64,000 nt of DNA from Eledone cirrhosa (lineage: Eukaryota): NCBI GenBank assembly GCA_964016885.1, contig OZ024751.1, positions 24,738,001 through 24,802,000 of the forward strand. Direction: 5' to 3'. Positions within the stretch are counted from its first letter, which is position 1; each line of letters starts with the position of its first letter. Of the stretch, positions 55,518-64,000 are shown piece by piece. The position numbers and the translations under genes are program-made. The notes under the pieces were generated by a model. That model did not search any database and was not told the DNA's origin. It was given only the letters and a program-made list of their open reading frames with translations.

Positions 55518-55664
55518 ATGAGCGTTCTACCGTTGAAAGCTATGGACAGTGAGACAACTGTCCATATCCCTAGCACTGACCAAGACTTAGTTACACAAGG
55601 GGTTCCTTGGAAATTAATAGAACCCCATGGATTAGTAGAAATAATATCTAATATTTTAGAGAAG
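55518..55664 (+). CDS. DUSP16: Dual-specificity MAP-kinase phosphatase (DUSP16/DUSP8-like), first coding exon
   Basis: MSVLPLKAMDSETTVHIPSTDQDLVTQGVPWKLIEPHGLVEIISNILEK, then a strong donor AAG|GTGAGT in phase 0. The end parallels the 'LVALLESGTEK' segment of vertebrate DUSP16 as I recall it. The start could also be the second ATG (55542). Confidence 0.8.
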
Positions 55665-56014
55665 GTGAGTAATTAATTCTATATCACTTTTTTTTTATTG
55701 TTTTACAAAGTAAATTTATGCCATATATTTCACTTCATGTGCCTAACATTTAACATGCAGGAACCCTTTTAAAGCCCTTTAGCATTTAAACTGGCCCTAA
55801 CCGGCCAGATTCTCTCACCTCTTTCTAGTCAAATTAGTTGTAACCGGCCGCTCATACTGACGTTACGGTATTGTTCTCAAAATAGATATCAAACTCTCGT
55901 AGATTCTATATTATGTGAGATAAAGCCTTTTCTGTGAAAGTACAATAGTAAATATAGAATGTGAATACTAAAGGGTTAATTATGCAACTTCAATATATTG
56001 AGCTTGATAATGTA

Positions 56015-56620
56015 GCCAAGGCACTACACTGCCAGTATATCAGTGGAAGTGTAACACTGTTCTTGATAAGCTAATGACCTCCAAACAGGCCAAGACACTA
56101 CGTGGCCAGTTTATCAGTGTAAGTGTAACACTGTTCTTGATAAGGTAACAACCTCCAAACACACCAAGATCTACACTGCCAGTATATCAGTGTAAGTGTA
56201 ACACTGTTCTTGACCTCCAAACAGACCAAGCACTACACTGCCAGTATATCAGTGGAAGTGTAACACTGTTCTTGACCTCCAAACAGACCAAGATCTACAC
56301 TGCCAGTATATCAGTGTAAGTGTAACACTGTTCTTGATCTCCAAACAGACCAAGCACTACACTGCCAGTATATCAGTGGAAGTGTAACACTGTTCTTGAC
56401 CTCCAAACAGACCAAGCACTACACTGCCAGTATATCAGTGGAAGTGTAACACTGTTCTTGACCTCCAAACAGACCAAGACATTACACTGCCAGTATATCG
56501 GTGTAAGTGTAACACTGTTCTTGACCTCCAAACAGACCAAGACATTACACTGCCAGTATATCGGTGTAAGTGTAACACTGTTTTTGGTAAGCTAATGACC
56601 TCCAAACAAACCAAGACTGT
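56015..56620. repeat. Intronic ~62-bp minisatellite, about 9 copies
   Basis: Unit CTACACTGCCAGTATATCAGTGGAAGTGTAACACTGTTCTTGACCTCCAAACAGACCAAGCA. Confidence 0.93.
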
Positions 56621-57689
56621 TGTAAGACCTATAGGAGGAAGCTTTCAGTACATCAGTTTGGAGCCCAGAGAGCAGAAGAGGGTAGCCTCCACAACCCTTC
56701 AAAAATCTTTTCTTCTTCCTTGAATTTTGAGAGGAGTTACTGTTCGAAAAGTCTTATTCTGTCTTTCAAAATTTTTCTTGGAAACTCTGATTACAAGCCA
56801 CAGTTTACAGAAGTTTTCTGCCATGCTTTTTTGTTTATTTTGCATATATTTTTTTAGTGAATTTTCTGAGTTTAACTCAGCATTTAAACCGGCCATATCT
56901 GTCCAGAATTCTCTCACCTCTTTCTGTTCAAACTGGCTGCTCATACTGATGTTAAGGTATTGCTTTCAAAATATATATCATCAAAATCTCATAGATTTGA
57001 ATATATGAGCGAAAGCCTTTAACGTGAAAATATAATAGTAAATATAGAATAATTTAAATGCTAAAGGGTTAATGAGAGGATAAGTGACTCATATGTTAAC
57101 AATGGTAGTTATCATTTTAACGATCATGGCTAATTATTTTTGGTCTAATTATTCTGACAGAAATTTGGTAGTTTTGACAATTTTTAGATGGTAGCTTCTG
57201 CAAGAATTTAGAACTTAACTGTTCATTCAGATATTCATTAGTGTGCAAATAAGCTAATTAGCATTAACTAGTTAAATTTTAACTGGTTCAGTTAATTGTA
57301 ATGATTTACAACCCTCAAATATATTGCAGTTATGCTAGAGCTATAAAATCTTGCATACATTAATTTCAACTCTTCTTATAAATAACTGCATTGTTTCTTT
57401 CCAGGGACAATGTTTGATAATAAATCTCATTTGGTCATTCCATGAGAGTGTCTTAGTCGGCCTATAAACTTTTCAGCTGACCTTTGTATATCTTGCTCAA
57501 AGCAAAAGCATATATATCTACTTTATTAAATTACATCTAAATATTCAATGGGGGCACTAATCTGAAACAAAAAAATTGTTTATTATAATTAAACTTTGAA
57601 ATTTTCCAATTCCAATTCTATGTAATTAATAATGTTTGTGATATCTGTATTTACCAAAACATGTTAATTATTCTTACCATTCTTCTCAG

Positions 57690-57800
57690 GTTCTCATTAT
57701 AGACAGCCGCTCATTTCTGGAGTTTAACACCTGTCATATACGTCACTCAGTTAATGTCTGTTGCTCTAAGCTTGTGAAAAGACGCTTACAGCAAGATAAG
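57690..57800 (+). CDS. DUSP16: DUSP16/DUSP8-like exon: rhodanese (CH2A) box and kinase-interaction motif
   Basis: TTCTTCTCAG| VLIIDSRSFLEFNTCHIRHSVNVCCSKLVKRRLQQDK |GTAAGA; 111 nt, phase 0-0; closely resembles the MKP-7 segment VLLIDSRPFVEYNTSHILEAININCSKLMKRRLQQDK. Confidence 0.93.
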
Positions 57801-59029
57801 GTAAGATATATTGTTCCTTTTTTGTCATTTAGATCTTCTTTAGCTCATGGCCCACTTTGAACCCAGAATTTTTCTGTGGCTCATGAAATTATTATAGTGT
57901 AAAAAAGTACTTCCATTTTACATAAAATATATCCAATAAAGATACAACTATGTTTATTTTTTGGAAACAATTTCACAAGCATTAATTTCATTAATTTAAG
58001 AACTAGTAGTCAATAAAAGCTCTATGGACCATTCAATAAGCTGTGGCCCATTTATTAGCCCGGTGGCCCAGTAAAAATTATAAAATTCCTGTGGCTGACT
58101 TGAAATTTTTCATGGCATATTTTAGCCATAAAAAATAATGATAATGAAAATATTGTGGACAGTGATCAGGTGCACTACAACTCATCAAAGGTGTATGTAT
58201 AGTACATAGGGTAATGTACAAACGTCAGGAAAATGAACAGTGCATGAGTCATGATATACACATGTGACCATGTAACCATAGGTTGGGAAACACTGATTTA
58301 TACTATTGATAAATGTTAAAAGCAATACATCATGATAGAGAAATTTTAGCCATTCATAAACACACAAAAGCTGTTATATTTACTTAATTTTTCACGTGAT
58401 AAAAATAAATGTAAAGTGAAAATGATTTTTTTTTGTTTTTTTTGTTTGTTTGTTAGTTTGTTTGTTTGTTTGTTTGTGGTCTGAGTTCAAATCCAGCTGA
58501 GTTTCACTTTGCCTTTCATCCCTACTGGTTCGCTAAAATAAAGTACCAGTCACACACTGGGGTCGATTTAATCGTCCCCCCCCCCCCAAAAAAAAATTGC
58601 TGGCCTTATCCCTATATAAGAAACCATTATTATTGCTACAGGGCGGTGGATTGGCAGTATCGGTAGAGGGTCGGACACCATGCTTTGCAGCATAGAGTTA
58701 CGTTCCTTTATGATCTGAGTTCAAACCCCCGCCGAGGTTAACTTTACCTTTCATCCTTACGGGGTCGATAAAATAAAGTACCAGTAATACACTGGGATAA
58801 TTGCTGGCCTTGTGCCAAGAGTAGAAACAGTTATAACTAGTAGTAGTAGTTGTTTGCTAACAACAGTTGGTTTTTGTTTCATTTATGTTTTCTTATACGT
58901 TCTAATTTACTATAAATTTCCTGTATCACTGTCACTGTTATATAGTCACTAATTAACTCTACTAATTAACAATGAAATTAGCTAAATATCTAAAGTGAAC
59001 CAAGTTGAAGTGAATCATCAATGGTACTG

Positions 59030-60235
<1,206 letters not shown>

Positions 60236-61111
60236 CAATGCAGTAAAGTCCTCTTACTCATGTCCTTTAATAGTAGATCTTATTCCACCAATCTCTTTTA
60301 AATTATATACTGTTTATATATATTTATCTATTAGCATTTGTTGAGAGAGAGTGGGGGTGGAAGAAGGGAGTGGTGGTTAGAGAGAGTGCGGGAGGTAGTG
60401 TGAGAGAGAAGGTGGGATCGAGGGAGAGCAAGAGGGGTTGGGAAAGGGAGAGGGGGTGTAGAGAGAGGGAGAAAGGCAAACCAAACTCCTACATATCAGG
60501 AATGGATCTCTTGTTTTAAAGCATTGTAGATAATACATATTCATTATCTGGGATGTCAAATTGCAGCTTTTAATTGTCTTTATTGCTAGTTTACACATAT
60601 ACACACGCATACGCATATACACACTCATACACACACACATGCATACAGATACATACACATATATATACAGACACACACGCATACATACACACACACACAC
60701 ACCCACACAGACACACCTTCAAATAATTGTTTCTACTTTTGGCACAAGGTCAGCAGTTACTCAGTACATTACTGGTACTTTATTTTATCGACCCCGTAAG
60801 GATGAAAGGCAAAGTTAACCTCGGCGGGATTTGAACTCAGGCCGTAAAGGGCCATAACTCTATGCTTCAAAGAGCATGCCGTCCGACCCTCTACCGATAC
60901 AGCCAATCCACCGCCTTTATGTAATAATTGTTTCTACTTTTTGCACAAGGCCAGCAATTACTCAGTACATTACTGGTACTTTATTTTATCGACCCCGTAA
61001 GGATGAAAGGCAAAGTTAACCTCGGCGGGATTTGAACGCAGATCGTAAAGGGACGTAACTATGCTGGAAAGCATGTCTGACCCTCTACCGATACTGCCAA
61101 TTTACCGCCCT

Positions 61112-61565
61112 CGGGACCCATGAAAATTCCACTGACGAAAAACTTAAGAGAAGCCGACCTTACCCAACTACACCTCTCAAAGTCAATGACACACGACCGT
61201 GACTTCTGGCGTCACGCAGTAATACAGGGTACCCGACCTCCCATGGGTACATGCTGAAGCATATAAACAATATGCCCCCCCCCCCCCCCCCCCACCGCAA
61301 GGTGGTCGTGGAGGTGCCACGGCAAAAAAGCACCCAGCCCACACTGTAAAGTGGACATGTAGGCGCCACGAAAAAGCACCCAGCACTCACTGTAAATGAG
61401 GTTGGTGTTAGGAAGGGCATCCAGCTGTAGAAATCAAGCCAGATCAGTTCCTGTATGAGCAAGGCATGGTCAGCCGACCAGACACTGCCCACAACAGGAC
61501 AACCCGTCTAACCCATGCTAGCGTGGAAGAACGGACGTAAAACGGTGATGATGATGATGATGATG
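61112..61565 (+). mobile_element. RTE subfamily-2 3' end fused to a family 2 SINE body and tail
   Basis: EADLTQLHLSKSMTHDRDFWRHAVIQGTRPPMGTC* (a similar piece at 34690-34792), then poly-C and the SINE body. Confidence 0.78.
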
Positions 61566-61675
61566 AAGCTATTCTCTCCTGTTGTCTTGGTCTACAATGT
61601 CTCTGTTCTTCATTCATTTCATCACACCTCTGTACACATTACAGACAAACAGTTCATTACAACTGTGTGTGTGTA

Positions 61676-61718
<43 letters not shown>

Positions 61719-61721
<3 letters not shown>

Positions 61722-61990
61722 TCATCATCACCGTTTTACGTCCGTTCTTCCACGCTAGCATGGGTTAGACGGGTTGTCCTGTTGTGAGCAGTGTCTGGTC
61801 GGCTGACCATGCCTTGCTCATACAGGAACTGATTTGGCTTGATTTCTACAGCTGGATGCCCTTCCTAACACCAACCTCATTTAGTGAGTGCTGGGTGCTT
61901 TTTCGTGGCGCCTACATGTCCACTTTACAGTGTGGGCTGGGTGCTTTTTTGCCATGGCACCTCCACGACCACCTTGCGGTGGGGGCATAT
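61719..61990 (-). mobile_element. Family 2 SINE body, inverted near-identical partner of 61289-61560
   Basis: The reverse complement matches with about 4 differences. Confidence 0.92.
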
Positions 61991-62729
61991 GTATACATTT
62001 ATATGTATAAGTATATAAATATAAATGCACAAACACACACATACACTAACACAAGTGTAGCTAATCTTGGAACGCTTATCGCTATAGCGTTTCACCAGCC
62101 CCTTCCTGCCTCAATCATTACATAAATGTGTGTGTATGAAATAATTTTGTATGTGTCTATTTATGAATATGTATGAGTATATGTGTGTGTGTGTTTGCAC
62201 TTTTTTTGTCTGTGTATCTTTTATGTATTTATATGTAGATGTGTGTGTGTGTAACTAAAGTATAATGTATGAACGAATGGATGAAACACCAAGAATTATA
62301 AGATAATGTAATGATGGTGATGATAGTGATGGTGATGATAATGATGATGATGATGATGATGATAATTATCATTAATCAGACTGCAGCTCTCCTTTAGCCA
62401 TTGATTTTCTGCAAAATCAGGGTGAGGGTATTGTGCCTGAGGAAGGAGCTCTGAGAGGTGGAGTGACTGATGCAGTGGATATTGCTAGCTGGCAGGTTTT
62501 TGTGGCAACATGTGCTCTCCCATCCCTTTACTTCTTCTGCTGTTGTTACTGCAATGATTTTTTATTCTGGGGGCTTGCTCGACTTGTGACACCCCCACTC
62601 AAACACTCCCGGCTCATTCATTTCTCCTCCTTTCATTGTTCATGTTATGTTTACACACCAAGGCCCCACACTACTCACTCCTCCCAGATGGAAATTATGT
62701 AAAAGCTGTGGGTACTGCACTTGCTCTCT

Positions 62730-63760
62730 CCAAATGTCAGGGGTCCTGTGAGGGCCATGAGCACTGCTTCTTCCAGATGTCTGGGCTCCTGTGAAGGCTA
62801 TGGGCACTGCATCTTCCTCCAGACATCAGAGGGCCTGTGAAGGCCATGGACACTGCTTCTTCCAGATGTCTGGGCTCCTGTGAAGGCTATGGGCACTGCA
62901 TCTTCCTCCAGACATCAGAGGTCCTGTGAAGGCCATGGACACTGCTTCTTCCAGATGTCTGGGCTCCTGTGAAGGCCATGAGCACTGTATCTCCCTCCAG
63001 ACATCAGAGGTCCTGTGAAGGCCATGGACACTGCTTCTTCCAGATGTCTGGGCTCCTGTGAAGGCTATGGGCACTGCAGCTTCCTCCAGACATCAGGGGG
63101 CCTGTGAGGGCCATGAGCACTGCTTCTTCCAGATGTCTGGGCTCCTGTGAAGGCTATGGGCACTGCATCTTCCTCCAGACATCAGAGGGCCTGTGAAGGC
63201 CATGGACACTGCTTCTTCCAGATGTCTGGGCTCCTGTGAAGGCTATGGGCACTGCATCTTCCTCCAGACATCAGAGGTCCTGTGAAGGCCATGGACACTG
63301 CTTCTTCCAGATGTCTGGGCTCCTGTGAAGGCCATGAGCACTGTATCTCCCTCCAGACATCAGAGGTCCTGTGAAGGCCATGGACACTGCTTCTTCCAGA
63401 TGTCTGGGCTCCTGTGAAGGCTATGGGCACTGCATCTTCCTCCAGACATCAGAGGGCCTGTGAAGGCCATGGACACTGCTTCTTCCAGATGTCTAGGCTC
63501 CTGTGAAGGCTACGGGCACTGCATCTTCCTCCAGACATCAGAGGGCCTGTGAAGGCCATGGACACTGCTTCTTCCAGATGTCTAGGCTCCTGTGAAGGCT
63601 ACGGGCACTGCCCCTATCCTCCAGATGTCAGAGGGCCTGTGAAGGCCATGAACACTGCTTCTTCCAGATGTCTAGGCTCCTGTGAAGGCTACGGGCACTG
63701 CCCCTATCCTCCAGATGTCAGAGGGCCTGTGAAGGCCATGAACACTGCACCTTCCTCCAG
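62730..63760. repeat. GC-rich minisatellite: 43+46-bp monomers, 89-bp dimer, 356-bp higher-order duplication
   Basis: CTGTGAAGGCCATGGACACTGCTTCTTCCAGATGTCTGGGCTC alternates with CTGTGAAGGCTATGGGCACTGCATCTTCCTCCAGACATCAGAGGGC; identical ORFs lie 356 bp apart. Confidence 0.95.
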
Positions 63761-63838
63761 ACCTATCAAGTAAAAACAAAAAAATAATTGAGATATATAC
63801 ACACACATACACACACCATAAAGTTTAATATAGAAATG

Positions 63839-63888
63839 GCTTCTACAGGACTAGAACTGTTTCATTCAAAAGAAATCATCAGGAAAGC
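63839..63888 (-). ncRNA. Minimal type I hammerhead ribozyme (same family as 17593 and 21641), one arm of an inverted pair
   Basis: Minus strand: GCTTTC-CTGATGA-tTTCttttGAAt-GAAAC-AGttctagtcCT-GTA-GAAGCC followed by ATTTCTATATTAAA as in the 17593 copy. Confidence 0.82.
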
Positions 63889-64000
63889 TTTCCTGATGAT
63901 TTCTTTTGAATGAAACAATTTTAGTCCTATTGAAGTGTTTACATTCATCATCATCATCTTCATTTAACGGCCATCTTCCACGCTAGCATGGGTTGTATTG

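Noticed and set aside
62433-62702. Next DUSP exon
   Set aside because: No similarity to the expected rhodanese continuation (a VVVYDQ-like segment); the gene presumably continues beyond the window.

Overview
Repeat-dense, AT-rich eukaryotic genomic DNA. The (TA)n/(CA)n load and SINE content suggest a coleoid cephalopod (Octopus-like); this is an inference. The only convincing host gene is the 5' part of a DUSP16/DUSP8-type MAP-kinase phosphatase on the + strand. It has a spliced exon at 55124-55664 (uORF-rich 5' UTR, ATG at 55518) and a phase-0 exon at 57690-57800 encoding the rhodanese/CH2A box and the KRRL kinase-interaction motif. The rest is non-coding or transposon-derived: two tRNA-derived SINE groups (about 30 copies or fragments), RTE, CR1/L2 and Penelope-like retroelement remnants, a piggyBac transposase pseudogene, TTAA-, TA- and hAT-type MITEs, minisatellites and long microsatellites. 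The microsatellites explain nearly all long ORFs in the track. The most notable signals are structured RNAs. At least five type I hammerhead ribozyme motifs lie in or near Penelope-like termini, with compensatory changes between copies and one forming a perfect 60-bp palindrome. A covarying H-type pseudoknot is shared by an RTE 5' UTR and the SINE bodies. A near-perfect inverted SINE pair of about 270 bp lies in the phosphatase intron. All structures were folded by eye and are untested.
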